Source: Alphaproteobacteria bacterium (GTDB lineage Bacteria; Pseudomonadota; Alphaproteobacteria; CACZRW01). Taken from it: DNA of 64,000 bases. Below, piece by piece: positions 22,678 through 34,112 of the stretch. Position 1 is the first letter of the stretch; every line of letters begins with the position of its first letter. The stretch covers positions 5,903 to 69,902 of the forward strand of contig JAFWAG010000021.1 of NCBI GenBank assembly GCA_017507765.1. The letters are read 5' to 3'. The notes below the pieces were generated by a model. The model was not told the origin of the DNA. It did not search any database and was given only the letters and a program-made list of their open reading frames with translations. Both the position numbers and the translations under genes were made by a program.

Positions 22678-25600
22678 TTACTTTGCGAGTTCTGCCAATT
22701 TTGTCGCCAGAAAGCGTATGCCGTTAATTCTGTCAACCGGCTTTTCCCAATTTCTTTTGTAAACGATTTTATTATCCGGCCGGACTTTAGCCGTTCCTGA
22801 TTGCTCGGCGATAAAAGCGATTAAAGCTTCCGGTTTAGGGAAAGTGTTATTATGCAAAGTTATCACTGCGCCCTTTTCTCCGGCATCGATTTTTTCGATA
22901 TTGGCAATTCGGCATTGAGCTTTGATTAGAATAATATCAAGTAGGTTTTCCACTTCCGGAGGTAGTTTTCCGAACCGGTCTATTATCTCGCTTGCCATAG
23001 CTTCCACTTCTGCTTTGGAGGATAGGTCTGCAAGCCGGCGATAAAGGCTTAAACGAACGCTTAAATCCGCCACATATTTTTCCGGAATTAAAATCGGCAT
23101 TCCGGTATTTATTTGCGGCGACCATTTATCTTCAGTTTCTTCGGAAGTTCCGGTTTTTAAAGACGCAATAGCTTCTTCAAGCATTTGTTGATAAAGCTCT
23201 ATACCGACTTCTTTAATATGACCGGACTGTTCTTCACCCAACAGATTACCTGCTCCACGAATATCCAAATCATAGCTGGCAAGGTTAAATCCTTCGCCCA
23301 AACTATCCAAAGTTTGCATTACGCTTAAACGTTTTTGCGCCATTTTGGTAAGCTTTTTGGTTTCTGACGGAACGGTAAGATAAGCATAAGCCCGCAGTTT
23401 TGACCTGCCCACCCTGCCCCGTAATTGATACAGCTGAGACAATCCGAACATATCGGCTCTGTGAACAATAATTGTATTTACGGTCGGCATATCAATACCG
23501 GACTCGATAATAGAGGTCGCAACCAAAACATCATATTTATGGTCAGCAAAGCTCAGGATGGTTTTTTCTAAGACGGTTGAAGACATCTGTCCGTGCGCAG
23601 ATATGATTTTAACTTCGGGAACCAAGCTTTTTAAAGTTTCTTCAACTTCGGCAATATCGCTTACTCTTGGACATACATAAAATACCTGCCCGCCTCGGAA
23701 ATGTTCTCGCAAGATAGCTTCACGGATAATCACACCGTCAAAGGGCAGAACGAATGTCCGTACCGCCAAGCGGTCAATCGGCGGCGTAGCAATAATGCTC
23801 ATTTCCCGAACTCCGGCCAAAGCCATTTGTAAAGTTCTGGGTATCGGCGTAGCGGTAAGGGTTAAAATATGCACATTTGAACGCAGTTCTTTTAAGCGTT
23901 CTTTGTGGGCAACTCCGAAATGCTGTTCTTCGTCGACCACAATCAAGCCTAAATTAGCAAAAGAAATCCCTTTGTGTAAAAGCGCATGAGTACCCACCAC
24001 TATTTCCATGCGTCCTTCGGCAAGCTCTTTTTTGACCTCGGCCATTTCCTTGGCGGACACCATACGGGAAAGCTGGCCTATACGCACCGGAAGCCCTTTG
24101 AACCTCTGGATAAAAGTTTCATAATGTTGTCTGGCAAGCAGAGTTGTCGGAACCACGATTGCCACTTGAAAGCCAGCCATAGCCGCCACAAAAGCCGCCC
24201 GCAAAGCCACCTCTGTTTTTCCAAAGCCGACATCTCCACAAACCAATCTGTCCATTGGCTGCTCCGAAGACAAATCCGTAAGCACATCATCAATAGCTGC
24301 TTGCTGATCATCGGTTTCCATATATGGGAAGCGAGCGGCAAACTCCTCATAAATACCTTCGGGAACTGTCATCGGTTCGCTTTTCCGCAAATATCTTTCG
24401 GCGGCAATATTCATCAGCTTTGCGGCAATTTCTCGGATTCTTTTCTTCAAGCGGGCTTTACGCATCTGCCAACCCTGCCCGCCCAACCTATCAAGGTTTA
24501 CACCTGCATCTTCCGACCCGAACCGAGACAATACTTCAATATTTTCAACCGGAACAAAAAGCTTGTCTTCATCGGCATAGATAATGCAAAGGCAATCATG
24601 GGGCGCCCCGCCTGCTTCAATCGTCTGTAACCCTTGATAGCGACCGATACCGTGTTCAATATGAACGACCAAATCGCCTTCGTTTAAAACGGAAATATCG
24701 CTTATAAAGTCATCATTTTTCCGTTTTTTCCGCATCGGCCGAACGATTTTATCACCCAGAATATCTTGTTCGGTAATGATGCACAAATCGTTACTTACAA
24801 AGCCTCGCTCCATAGGCAGGATAACAATCCCGATTAAATCCGAAGGCGCAAGCATAGCTTCGGCAAAAGATAAGTATATAGGAATACTTATTCCCCGTTC
24901 TTTAAATAAATGAGAAAGTCTTTCCGCTGTTCCCGAAGAAAAAGCAGCAATAAAAGCTCTCTTTCCTGACTTTATTTCTTCGTTAAGATACTTTTTTACT
25001 TCTGAAAATAAGTCAACATCAACCTGAACTCTTACATCTGCGAAATCATGAGCAGGTTTTGCTTCCTTGGCAAGATTATCTCCAACATAAAAAGGTGAAA
25101 GTTCATAAGCATTTTCCGAACTTAAAACTCCCGCATATTCCGCTTCGGGGATAAACATACTCACCGGAGGCACCGGACGATATTTAAACCCGCCCTCTTC
25201 CAAAGGATTGTTGCTTTTCAAAGCTTCCATACGAGCGTCATAGAACTCTGCAATTTGCTCTTGGCGAGACTTTGCCGCCTGTTCCGCTTGAAAGTCCGTA
25301 GTAATAAATACATCGGGAAGATAAGCAAAAAGCGTCTCAAGCTTAGAATAAAATAGCGGCAGCCAATGCTCCATTCCGGAAAATCTTCGCCCTTCGGAAA
25401 TGCTTTCATACAAAACGTCTCCGGCTATCATAGAACCGAACATTTCTCGATATGATTTTCTGAAGGCGGCAATAGTTTCTTCGGTCAAAGCAATTTCACT
25501 TGCCGGAGTAAAAACAAACTCACCTATATTACCGATGCTTCTTTGCGTTACGGCATCAAAAGTGCGAATAGCCTCAATCTCGTCCCCGAAAAAGTCCAAA

Positions 25601-26109
25601 CGTAAAGGATTTTCTTCTCCGGCAGGGAAAATATCAAATATTCCCCCACGGATAGCATATTCCCCTTCGTCCATCACCTGCTGAGAGCGGGCATAGCCGT
25701 TTTTATCCAAAAAGCTTTGTAAAGCGGCAAGATTTATATCCGCCCCTACTTTAATCGCAAATGAAGCTCCGGCAAAAAACTCTTTCGGCGGCAAACGCTG
25801 TAAAGAAGCATTAACGGTCGTCAACACCACTCTTGGTGTGGAGGGTTTAGGAGAAGCCGTCAGCTTTGCCAGAGTGCTTACCCTTTCGGAAATTATATTT
25901 ATATTCGGAGAAACTCGGTCATAAGGAACGGTATCCCAAGCCGGAAAAATCAGTACTTCTATGTCCGGAGCAAAAAACTTTATCCCTTCGGCAAGCCAAG
26001 CCAATCGTACATCGGAAAGCGCAATGTGTAAGACATTGCCATGCTCTTTTGCCAGTTTGGCTAGCATCAAAGCATCATAACCTTCGGGAACTCCGGAAAT
26101 GATTTTCAT
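22678..26109 (-). CDS. mfd: transcription-repair coupling factor
   Basis: 1143 aa. Has a UvrB-homology N-terminus and a CarD-like region (DLVVHIEHGIGRY). Superfamily-2 helicase motifs are present: GDVGFGKTEVALRAA, DEEQHFG, LTATPIPRT. The C-terminal TRCF domain is also present. Confidence 0.95.
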   Translation of the reverse strand: MKIISGVPEGYDALMLAKLAKEHGNVLHIALSDVRLAWLAEGIKFFAPDIEVLIFPAWDTVPYDRVSPNINIISERVSTLAKLTASPKPSTPRVVLTTVNASLQRLPPKEFFAGASFAIKVGADINLAALQSFLDKNGYARSQQVMDEGEYAIRGGIFDIFPAGEENPLRLDFFGDEIEAIRTFDAVTQRSIGNIGEFVFTPASEIALTEETIAAFRKSYREMFGSMIAGDVLYESISEGRRFSGMEHWLPLFYSKLETLFAYLPDVFITTDFQAEQAAKSRQEQIAEFYDARMEALKSNNPLEEGGFKYRPVPPVSMFIPEAEYAGVLSSENAYELSPFYVGDNLAKEAKPAHDFADVRVQVDVDLFSEVKKYLNEEIKSGKRAFIAAFSSGTAERLSHLFKERGISIPIYLSFAEAMLAPSDLIGIVILPMERGFVSNDLCIITEQDILGDKIVRPMRKKRKNDDFISDISVLNEGDLVVHIEHGIGRYQGLQTIEAGGAPHDCLCIIYADEDKLFVPVENIEVLSRFGSEDAGVNLDRLGGQGWQMRKARLKKRIREIAAKLMNIAAERYLRKSEPMTVPEGIYEEFAARFPYMETDDQQAAIDDVLTDLSSEQPMDRLVCGDVGFGKTEVALRAAFVAAMAGFQVAIVVPTTLLARQHYETFIQRFKGLPVRIGQLSRMVSAKEMAEVKKELAEGRMEIVVGTHALLHKGISFANLGLIVVDEEQHFGVAHKERLKELRSNVHILTLTATPIPRTLQMALAGVREMSIIATPPIDRLAVRTFVLPFDGVIIREAILREHFRGGQVFYVCPRVSDIAEVEETLKSLVPEVKIISAHGQMSSTVLEKTILSFADHKYDVLVATSIIESGIDMPTVNTIIVHRADMFGLSQLYQLRGRVGRSKLRAYAYLTVPSETKKLTKMAQKRLSVMQTLDSLGEGFNLASYDLDIRGAGNLLGEEQSGHIKEVGIELYQQMLEEAIASLKTGTSEETEDKWSPQINTGMPILIPEKYVADLSVRLSLYRRLADLSSKAEVEAMASEIIDRFGKLPPEVENLLDIILIKAQCRIANIEKIDAGEKGAVITLHNNTFPKPEALIAFIAEQSGTAKVRPDNKIVYKRNWEKPVDRINGIRFLATKLAELAK

Positions 26110-26112
26110 CGG

Positions 26113-27081
26113 TTATCCGCGGGTCATTTTAATAAACTTATCCCGCCGCATGGCTTTAACCCGATTTTCGGGAAGATTTTTAAACTCTTGCAGAGACTTT
26201 TTCAAAACGTCCCCGACGGATTTAAGAACTTCTGTCCGGTTGCGGTGAGCTCCGCCCAAAGGTTCGGGAACGATTTCATCGACAATCCCCAAAGATAATA
26301 AATCTTGCGCCGTAAGTTTCAAAGCACCGGAGGCGGTCTTTGCCATTCCTCTGTCCCTCCATAGGATAGAAGCACACCCTTCCGGAGAAATAACCGAATA
26401 AATGGAATGTTCAAGCATTACGATTTTATTTCCCGCAGCCAAAGCTATAGCCCCGCCGGAACCGCCTTCACCGATAATGCAGGAGATTAAAGGCACATCA
26501 ATACTTAAAGCGGTTTCTATGCACGAAGCAATCGCTTCACCCTGCCCTCGTTCTTCGGCATCGATTCCGGGATAAGCTCCGGCAGTATCGACCAAAGTAA
26601 TCACCGGAAGCTTAAAATGATTTGCCATTTCCATAATGCGTTTGGCTTTTCTGTATCCTTCCGGCTTTGCCATACCGAAGTTATGGGCGATTCTGGTCTC
26701 TGTATCCGAGCCTTTTTCCAGTCCGATGACCATTACCGCCGTACCGTCAAGACGGGCAAGCCCTCCGACAACGGCTTTATCTTCGGCAAACAGTCGGTCC
26801 CCAGCCAGTGGCGTAAAATCTGTAAACAAGGCAGAAATATAATCCTTGCAGTGGGGGCGATTCGGGTGCCTTGCCACTTGCGTTTTCTGCCACGGTGAAA
26901 GCTTGGTATAAATCTGGCGGATTTGCTTGTCCAATTTAACTTCCAAGCGGCTTACTTCGTCTGCAATGTTAATGCCTTCCATGCCGTTTAAGCGGCGAAG
27001 CCCATCTATTTTTATTTCCAATTCTACGATAGGCTTTTCAAAATCAAGCAGATTACTTGGTATATTTTCGCTTACACTCAT
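26113..27081 (-). CDS. accA: acetyl-CoA carboxylase carboxyltransferase alpha subunit
   Basis: 322 aa with HPNRPH, the ARLDG..V.VIG segment, FGMAKPEGYRKA, TLVDTAGAYPG and GEGGSGGALA motifs. Confidence 0.95.
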   Translation of the reverse strand: MSVSENIPSNLLDFEKPIVELEIKIDGLRRLNGMEGINIADEVSRLEVKLDKQIRQIYTKLSPWQKTQVARHPNRPHCKDYISALFTDFTPLAGDRLFAEDKAVVGGLARLDGTAVMVIGLEKGSDTETRIAHNFGMAKPEGYRKAKRIMEMANHFKLPVITLVDTAGAYPGIDAEERGQGEAIASCIETALSIDVPLISCIIGEGGSGGAIALAAGNKIVMLEHSIYSVISPEGCASILWRDRGMAKTASGALKLTAQDLLSLGIVDEIVPEPLGGAHRNRTEVLKSVGDVLKKSLQEFKNLPENRVKAMRRDKFIKMTRG

Positions 27082-27226
27082 GATAAAACTTTCTTTAATT
27101 AGCTGTAAAAAACTCTTCCTTTATTAGCATATTTTATAAAAATTAAAAAATGCTTTTCTGTCCACCGAAAAAAAGGCTACAATCACGACACAATGTCAAC
27201 AGGAAAATCATGGGGAGTGAATACAA

Positions 27227-28255
27227 GTGTTACCGATAATCATTTTTGGAGCTTCTTTAATAGGTTCGATTTTTTGGTTAGCAGGAAGCGCCGTTTATAT
27301 AGAATCTCGCATAGGTTGGGAAAATCTGGTTACCATGAATCCCTCTGACATAGCCTTTTTTATTACGGCAATTCTTCTTCCTATTGTTGTTTTATGGATT
27401 ATTATCGGCTTTATTCATTATACGGGCATAATTCGTCGCCAAGGTTACTTTTTAACCGCCATGCTTGACCAATTAAAGCGCACTTCCGGTCAGAATGAAG
27501 TCATTTTAAAGAATCTTATCACCGGTCAAGAGCAAAATAAAAACAACGATATGCTCAAATATATTGATATAGAACTTGCCGATTTGAATAACGTCATTGC
27601 CGAAATAGCCGTTCGCTTTGGCATTATGCGCAAAACCTCTGAAGATGCTTTATGGGAAAGAGTTGGGCAAGGAAACCGTTGGGCATTCTGCCAAGTTATT
27701 TTGGAAAATGCCGAAGAAACCGAAGACTTTAGCAAAGCATTAAAAAAACGTATGGCGAGAGATGAAAAGTTAACAAAAGCGGTTAATCTTTTCCTTTCCC
27801 GTTTTGAAAAAGTCCTGCAAATGCTAAGTTCTACAGACTTTAACCGTCCGTTTATCGAAACTTTGGAAAACTGCAACTTAGGGGCTTTGTATTCCCTTTT
27901 GGCAAATATTGAAAACTTTGCTCCCCCCAAGGCTGACAATGAAGAAACAGCCATACCGGAAGATGAAATATCCTCAAACCAACCGGAAGAATCTTCTTTC
28001 CAAAAGGCTTTGTTTAATTCTCCGGAAACGGTTTCTTCTAACCCCGAAGAAAGCATAGACTTTTCTCCGATATTTGACGAAGAAGAAATTGTAACCATAG
28101 AAATAACCAACCAAAAAGAAAACGCCGCCACCACTGCGATAGATTCTGACTGGGAAGCCAGAAAAAAGGAAATCTTGGCCAAATACAGCAAAAAAGAACC
28201 CGAAGACGATTTAAACGCTCCGGCTTTCTTAAAAAATACAGATTGGAACAGCTGA
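27227..28255 (+). CDS. hypothetical membrane protein with an acidic C-terminal region
   Basis: 342 aa with a GTG start. Two N-terminal TM helices (IIIFGASLIGSIFWLAGSAVYI and FFITAILLPIVVLWIIIGFIHY) and an E/D/S-rich tail. Ends 3 nt before yejA. The 279-aa antisense ORF was rejected. Confidence 0.55.
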   Translation: MLPIIIFGASLIGSIFWLAGSAVYIESRIGWENLVTMNPSDIAFFITAILLPIVVLWIIIGFIHYTGIIRRQGYFLTAMLDQLKRTSGQNEVILKNLITGQEQNKNNDMLKYIDIELADLNNVIAEIAVRFGIMRKTSEDALWERVGQGNRWAFCQVILENAEETEDFSKALKKRMARDEKLTKAVNLFLSRFEKVLQMLSSTDFNRPFIETLENCNLGALYSLLANIENFAPPKADNEETAIPEDEISSNQPEESSFQKALFNSPETVSSNPEESIDFSPIFDEEEIVTIEITNQKENAATTAIDSDWEARKKEILAKYSKKEPEDDLNAPAFLKNTDWNS

Positions 28256-28258
28256 TAT

Positions 28259-30121
28259 ATGAAAGCCGCCCTTCTGATTTTTTCTTTTGCGCTCTTGGGG
28301 ATTAGCGAGAGTTCTTTCGCTACGGACAAAAACAGCCACCCCTTACCTGCCCATGCCATAGCCATGCATGGCTCGCCAAAGTACGCAAAGGATTTTAAGC
28401 ATTTTTCTTATGTCAATCCAAGCGCCCCCAAAGGCGGCACCCTAAACCTTTATTCGTTTGGTAATTTTGACAGCTTAAATCCCTATATTTTAAAAGGAAT
28501 CCCTCCGTCGGGCATAGAGCTTACTTTTGACACCTTAATGACCTCGGCAAAAGACGAACCTTTTACGGAATATGGCTTGCTTGCCGAAAGTGTGGAAGTT
28601 CCCGCCGACCGTTCTTATATAGCCTTTAATTTGCGCAAAGAAGCCCGCTTTCATGACCATAGCCCCGTAACCGCCGACGATGTAGTCTTTTCCTTTAAGG
28701 TTTTAAAAGAAAAAGGCAATCCGCTATACCGTTACTACTATGCAAATGTTGCTAAGGTTGAAACAACCTCTCCGCACAGGGTTTTGTTTACCTTTGATAA
28801 AAAAGCCGACAACAGGGAACTTCCTTTAATACTAGGACAGCTTCCGGTTTTTTCGGCTAAATCATGGGAAGGAAAGGACTTCGCCGCCACAACCCTAACG
28901 CCTATCATAGGCAGCGGACCATATAAAATATCTGCCTTTGAACCGGGAAGATATATTGTTTACGAAAGAAATCCTGACTATTGGGGCAAAGACCTTCCGG
29001 TTAATGTCGGAAACTATAATTTTTCCAAGGTAAAATATGATTTTTATCGGGATAGCACCGTAGCTTTAGAGGCTTTTAAATCCGGAGCCTTTGATTTAAG
29101 AATTGAAAACGAAGCAAAAAAATGGGGAACAGGATATAATTTTCCTGCCTATGAAAAGGGATTGGTCAAGAAAGCAGAGTTCCGTCACCATTTACCAAGC
29201 GGTATGCAAGGCTTTGTTTTTAATACCCGAAAGGACATTTTTAAAGACCGCAAAGTCAGAGAAGCTTTAAGTTACGCCTTTGATTTTGAATGGTCAAACA
29301 AGCATCTTTTTTATGACTTGTACAGCCGTACCAAAAGCTTTTTTGACAATTCCGCCATGGCTGCAACCGGACTTCCCTCCGCCAAAGAATTAAAGCTTTT
29401 AAAGCCTTGGGAACAGCAACTTCCGCCGGAAGTATTTACTTCCGTTTACAACCCGCCGGAAACCGACGGCAAAGGAAATGTCCGCCCTAACCTTTTAAAA
29501 GCATTTGCTTTATTAAAAGAAGCCGGCTGGGAATATAAAAACGGCAGACTGGAAAACGCCGAAGGTAAGCCCTTTGCCTTTGAAATCATGCTTGATACGG
29601 CAAGCGCCGGAGCATGGGAAAGAATAACCCTTCCCTTTGTCCGCAATTTAAAACGCTTGGGGATTGACGCCCGTATCCGTGTGGTCGACGTAACCCAGAA
29701 CCAAAACCGCATAAACAGCTTTGATTTTGATATGATAACCGCCGTTTGGGGACAATCGCTTTCCCCTGGCAATGAACAACGCTCTTACTGGGGAAGTGCG
29801 GCGGCAGACCAAGCCGGAAGCCGTAACTATTCGGGGATTAAAAATCCGGCTGTTGATGCGATAATAGAAGAAATAATCTCTGCCAAAGATGACAAAGCTT
29901 TAAATACGGCGGTAAAAGCATTGGATAGAGTTTTATTGTGGGGATATTATGTTATTCCGCAATGGCATACCAAAGTAACCCGTATTGCTTTTTGGGATAA
30001 GTTTGGTATGCCGGAGACTATTCCCATGCAAGGCGTTGATATTATGAACTGGTGGTATGATACAGAAAAAGCCGCCCGCCTTGAAACCCGCAAACCTATA
30101 AGTAAGGAGGACGCATCATGA
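28259..30121 (+). CDS. yejA: ABC transporter periplasmic substrate-binding protein, YejA (microcin C / peptide) type
   Basis: 620 aa with a signal peptide ([21 protein letters not shown]). Family-5 SBP size and layout, and first gene of a yejABEF-ordered operon. Confidence 0.85.
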   Translation: MKAALLIFSFALLGISESSFATDKNSHPLPAHAIAMHGSPKYAKDFKHFSYVNPSAPKGGTLNLYSFGNFDSLNPYILKGIPPSGIELTFDTLMTSAKDEPFTEYGLLAESVEVPADRSYIAFNLRKEARFHDHSPVTADDVVFSFKVLKEKGNPLYRYYYANVAKVETTSPHRVLFTFDKKADNRELPLILGQLPVFSAKSWEGKDFAATTLTPIIGSGPYKISAFEPGRYIVYERNPDYWGKDLPVNVGNYNFSKVKYDFYRDSTVALEAFKSGAFDLRIENEAKKWGTGYNFPAYEKGLVKKAEFRHHLPSGMQGFVFNTRKDIFKDRKVREALSYAFDFEWSNKHLFYDLYSRTKSFFDNSAMAATGLPSAKELKLLKPWEQQLPPEVFTSVYNPPETDGKGNVRPNLLKAFALLKEAGWEYKNGRLENAEGKPFAFEIMLDTASAGAWERITLPFVRNLKRLGIDARIRVVDVTQNQNRINSFDFDMITAVWGQSLSPGNEQRSYWGSAAADQAGSRNYSGIKNPAVDAIIEEIISAKDDKALNTAVKALDRVLLWGYYVIPQWHTKVTRIAFWDKFGMPETIPMQGVDIMNWWYDTEKAARLETRKPISKEDAS

Positions 30122-31215
30122 CCGGATATGTTCTTCGCCGCCTATTCCTTATTCCCCTAACTTTATTTTTGATTATCACCATAAACTTTGCCTTTGTGCA
30201 GATTGCCCCCGGCGGCCCTGTTGAACAGGTAATTGCAAAGCTTGAAGGCAAAAACATTGATGCCTCCGCACGTTTTTCGGGCAGCGGAGCCGGAATGGCT
30301 ACCGCCAAAGCCTCCCTTTCTTCGGAAAGCAAATACAAAGGCGCCCAAGGACTTGATCCGGAATTGATTAAAGAAATTGAAAAGCAATTCGGATTTGATA
30401 AACCGGTTTATGAACGTTTCTTTATTATGCTTAAAGACTACCTTACTTTTGACCTTGGCGAAAGTTATTACCGCAATGTCAAAGTAACTGATTTAATTAT
30501 GGAAAAGTTCCCGGTTTCTTTATCTATAGGTCTATGGAGTACGCTTTTGATTTACCTTATTTCCATTCCGTTAGGGATAAAGAAAGCGGTTAAAGAAGGC
30601 TCTAAGTTTGATGTTATCACCAGTTGGGCCGTTATTATCGGCTATGCCGTTCCGGCGTTTTTGTTTGCCTTACTGCTTATTATTCTTTTCTGCGGCGGGA
30701 AATATTTGGATTGGTTCCCGTTACGAGGCTTGGTTTCCGATAACTGGGAACAGCTTTCTTTGGCCGGCAAGATTGTTGATTACTTCTGGCATTTAGCCTT
30801 ACCGGTAGCTTCCATGGTTATCGGAGGCTTTGCCGCTTTAACCATGCTGACCAAGAACTCTTTTTTGGACGAGATAGCCAAACCCTATGTCGTAACAGCC
30901 AAAGCCAAAGGCATGACCGAAAATCAGATTTTATACGGTCAGATTTTCCGTAACGCCATGTTGATAGTAATTGCCGGATTTCCCGCCGCCTTAATCGGGA
31001 TTTTATTTACCGGTTCATTGTTGATAGAGGTAATTTTCTCTTTGGACGGCATCGGACTTTTAGGTTTTGAAGCAGTTATGAACAGGGATTATCCGGTTAT
31101 GTTCGGTACTCTTTATATCTTTGGACTTGTTGGACTTTTGTTAAATCTGCTTAGCGATATGACATACCACTTTGTCGACCCCAGAATAGATTTTGGGAGG
31201 CGTAATGACTCTTAA
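30118..31215 (+). CDS. yejB: ABC transporter permease YejB
   Basis: 365 aa DppB/OppB-like permease with an inserted periplasmic loop typical of YejB. Overlaps yejA by 4 nt. Confidence 0.85.
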   Translation: MTGYVLRRLFLIPLTLFLIITINFAFVQIAPGGPVEQVIAKLEGKNIDASARFSGSGAGMATAKASLSSESKYKGAQGLDPELIKEIEKQFGFDKPVYERFFIMLKDYLTFDLGESYYRNVKVTDLIMEKFPVSLSIGLWSTLLIYLISIPLGIKKAVKEGSKFDVITSWAVIIGYAVPAFLFALLLIILFCGGKYLDWFPLRGLVSDNWEQLSLAGKIVDYFWHLALPVASMVIGGFAALTMLTKNSFLDEIAKPYVVTAKAKGMTENQILYGQIFRNAMLIVIAGFPAALIGILFTGSLLIEVIFSLDGIGLLGFEAVMNRDYPVMFGTLYIFGLVGLLLNLLSDMTYHFVDPRIDFGRRNDS

Positions 31216-32230
31216 CCCGCTTCTTCGCCGCCGCATGGATAATTTCAAAGCCAACAAGCGTGGCTATTATTCCCTGCTTCTTTTCTTGGTGATTTTTATT
31301 CTAAGCCTGTTTGCAGAGTTTATCGCTAACGACAAGCCTTTGCTCGTAAAATATGATGATAATTGGTATTTCCCGATTATAACCGACTATCCGGAAACGA
31401 CCTTTGGTGGAGAACTCCCCACCCCTGCCGATTATCAGGATTCATTTGTGATAAAGCAGATAGAAGACCATGGCTTTATGATTATGCCGCCGATACCGTT
31501 CAGCTATAACACGATAAACTATCACCTTGACGTTCCGATGCCTGCGCCGCCTTCCTTAACGAACCTTCTTGGTACCGATGACCAAGGCAGAGACGTTGCC
31601 GCCAGACTTATTTACGGCTTCCGCCTGTCGGTTTTGTTCGGGCTTATTCTTACCGTTTGTTCTTCGGTCATAGGCGTTATCGTTGGAGCTTTGCAAGGAT
31701 ATTTCGGCGGTAAGGTTGACCTTCTAACCCAACGCTTTATCGAAGTATGGAGCGGCTTACCTCAGCTGTTTTTATTGGTTTTGGTAGCAAGCGTTTTCTT
31801 TCCCTCTTTTACTACTCTTTTATGCGTCATGCTTTTGTTCAGCTGGACGGCTTTAGTAGGCGTAGTCAGAGCCGAGTTCCTGCGTACCCGAAACTTTGAA
31901 TATGTAAAAGCGGCTTATGCTCTTGGCGTGCCTGATTGGTTGATTATTTTCCGCCATATTCTTCCGAACGCCATGGTTGCCACCATAACCTACCTTCCCT
32001 TTATTCTTTGCGGTGCGATTATAGCCTTAACGGCACTGGAGTTCTTAGGCATGGGTCTTCCCCCCGGTTCACCGTCTTTGGGTGAGCTTTTGCGCCAAGG
32101 AAAGGAAAATATCGAAGCTCCATGGCTTGGCATTTCCGGATTTGTTGTTCTGGCTGTCGTCTTATCTTTGTTGGTATTTATCGGCGAAGCATTCCGAGAC
32201 GCCTTTGATTCTCGTAAGGATGTAAGATGA
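31205..32230 (+). CDS. yejE: ABC transporter permease YejE
   Basis: DppC/OppC-like permease ([18 protein letters not shown]). ATG 31205 follows GGGAGG. The ORF track starts at an upstream TTG (31193). Confidence 0.85.
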   Translation: MTLNPLLRRRMDNFKANKRGYYSLLLFLVIFILSLFAEFIANDKPLLVKYDDNWYFPIITDYPETTFGGELPTPADYQDSFVIKQIEDHGFMIMPPIPFSYNTINYHLDVPMPAPPSLTNLLGTDDQGRDVAARLIYGFRLSVLFGLILTVCSSVIGVIVGALQGYFGGKVDLLTQRFIEVWSGLPQLFLLVLVASVFFPSFTTLLCVMLLFSWTALVGVVRAEFLRTRNFEYVKAAYALGVPDWLIIFRHILPNAMVATITYLPFILCGAIIALTALEFLGMGLPPGSPSLGELLRQGKENIEAPWLGISGFVVLAVVLSLLVFIGEAFRDAFDSRKDVR

Positions 32231-33750
32231 CTAAAGAACTTTTAAACATAAACAATCTTCAAATAAACTTTGGGACTTTCTGTGCCGTAAAGGGTATTTC
32301 TCTTGCGATAAAATCTGGCGAAACCGTAGCTTTGGTCGGTGAAAGCGGCTCCGGTAAATCCGTAACCGCTATGAGTATTCTCCGGCTCTTAAAAGCAGAC
32401 ATCAGCGGCAATATCATTTTAAACGGTAACGAAGACCTTCTTAGCGTTTCGCAAAAACGTTTGGAAGAAATCCGTGGCGGTAAAATTGCCATGATTTTCC
32501 AAGAACCTATGGTATCCTTAAACCCCTTGCACACTATCGGCAAACAGATTATGGAAGTCCTGGCTATCCATAAACAGCTTTCCGGCAAAAGAGCCAAGGA
32601 AAAAGCCATAGAACTTTTAAAAACCGTAGGCTTTTCCGAAGCTCAAAAACGGATAGACGCCTTTCCGCATCAGCTTTCCGGTGGACAAAGACAAAGAGTT
32701 ATGATTGCTATGGCTCTTGCCGGCGAGCCTGATTTGTTGATAGCCGACGAACCGACTACAGCCTTGGACGTTACAATCCAAGCGCAGATTATCACTCTTT
32801 TAAAAGATATTCAGAAACGAACTGGAATGGCGATTTTGTTCATTTCCCACGACTTAAATCTGGTACGCAATATTGCCTCACGGATTGCGGTTATGAAGGA
32901 AGGTAAAATCGTCGAGGAAGGCACAACCGAGGACATATTTAAAAGCCCGAAAGCCTCCTATACAATCAAGCTTCTAAACTCAACTCCCAAAGGCGAACCG
33001 GAAGCATTTAATCCCAAATCTCCGATATTATTATCCGGAAAAGACATAAGCGCAGAATACAGTAAAAACAAAATATTAAACGAAGTTTCTCTTGCAATAC
33101 ATAAAGGTTCTTGCGTAGGCTTGGTTGGCGAAAGCGGCTCAGGAAAAACCACTCTTGGCATGGCTGTTTTAAAGCTTGTAAAAGCAAAGGGAGATTTATC
33201 TTTCCAAGACCTCCCTGTTAAAGATATACGTCCATTACGGAAAAATCTGCAAATCGTATTCCAAGACCCGTATTCATCTTTAAACCCTCGCATGAATATT
33301 GAACAAATTGTCGGCGAAGGATTAAAAATATACGAAAAAGGCTTAAAAAAGGATGAACTTCAAGCCAAAGTTTTGGATATATTGGCTAAAACCGGACTTC
33401 CCAAAGATGCCTTGTATCGCTATCCGCATGAGTTTTCCGGCGGACAAAGACAACGGATTGCCATTGCCAGAGCCTTGATTTTGCGACCTGATTTCATTGT
33501 TTTGGACGAACCGACCAGTGCGTTGGACGTTTCTGTGCAGGCACAGATAGTAGACCTATTGCGTAATTTAAAGAAAGAGTTTAATCTCTCTTTTCTTCTT
33601 ATCTCTCATGACATGAAAATCATAAAGGCTCTGGCCGATTATGTAGCAGTCATGAAAGACGGGAGAATAATTGAAGCCGGCATGAACAAGGATATTTTCA
33701 CCGCACCGAAGGAAGAATATACCAAGTCCTTAATATCGGCGGCATTTTAA
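32227..33750 (+). CDS. yejF: ABC transporter ATP-binding protein YejF (duplicated ATPase)
   Basis: 507 aa with two full ABC cassettes: GESGSGKS twice, LSGGQRQR twice, and Walker [12 protein letters not shown] / [11 protein letters not shown]. Confidence 0.92.
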   Translation: MTKELLNINNLQINFGTFCAVKGISLAIKSGETVALVGESGSGKSVTAMSILRLLKADISGNIILNGNEDLLSVSQKRLEEIRGGKIAMIFQEPMVSLNPLHTIGKQIMEVLAIHKQLSGKRAKEKAIELLKTVGFSEAQKRIDAFPHQLSGGQRQRVMIAMALAGEPDLLIADEPTTALDVTIQAQIITLLKDIQKRTGMAILFISHDLNLVRNIASRIAVMKEGKIVEEGTTEDIFKSPKASYTIKLLNSTPKGEPEAFNPKSPILLSGKDISAEYSKNKILNEVSLAIHKGSCVGLVGESGSGKTTLGMAVLKLVKAKGDLSFQDLPVKDIRPLRKNLQIVFQDPYSSLNPRMNIEQIVGEGLKIYEKGLKKDELQAKVLDILAKTGLPKDALYRYPHEFSGGQRQRIAIARALILRPDFIVLDEPTSALDVSVQAQIVDLLRNLKKEFNLSFLLISHDMKIIKALADYVAVMKDGRIIEAGMNKDIFTAPKEEYTKSLISAAF

Positions 33751-33764
33751 GATTAGAGGAACGA

Positions 33765-34079
33765 ATGGCTGACGAAACCAACCAAGAAGAAACCTTTACG
33801 GGCGAAGAAGAGAAAACCGTTCTTAACGAAAAGTTCGGGGAAAAAGTTGCGATTAAGGACGTAAGTATATCCTTATCAGCGGTCTTAGGAAAAAACTCTT
33901 TACGGGTGCATCAGCTGTTAAAGCTTGGCCGTGGCGCAGTTGTTGAGCTTAACCGCCGTAAAAACGACAAGATAGAAATCCTTGCCGACAATATTTTAAT
34001 CGCCCGTGGAGACATTGTCGTTACCGAAAACAACAAAGTCGGCATCAGAATAAGCGAAATCATCAAATCTCAGGTATAA
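33765..34079 (+). CDS. fliN: flagellar motor switch protein FliN (SpoA domain)
   Basis: 104 aa with an acidic N-terminus, then the FliN/SpoA fold signature: VSISLSAVLGKNSLRVHQLLKLGRGAVVELNRRKNDKIEILADNILIARGDIVVTENNKVGIRISEI. Confidence 0.8.
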   Translation: MADETNQEETFTGEEEKTVLNEKFGEKVAIKDVSISLSAVLGKNSLRVHQLLKLGRGAVVELNRRKNDKIEILADNILIARGDIVVTENNKVGIRISEIIKSQV

Positions 34080-34112
34080 TTTCATAAATCACTAGTTATA
34101 GAGTAAGCAAAA

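Noticed and set aside
23986-24630. 214-aa plus-strand ORF inside mfd. Also the 41320-41895 minus ORF across dprA/topA, the 62063-62551 plus ORF across the receiver and trmJ genes, and the 63320-63766 plus ORF.
   Set aside because: All are antisense shadows of well-supported genes and have low-complexity or Cys/Arg/Ser-rich compositions with no family signal.
27526-28365. 279-aa minus-strand ORF.
   Set aside because: It is antisense to the + strand membrane-protein ORF and to the yejA start. It has S/F/L-rich composition typical of antisense frames and no RBS or family resemblance. The + strand genes fit the operon layout.
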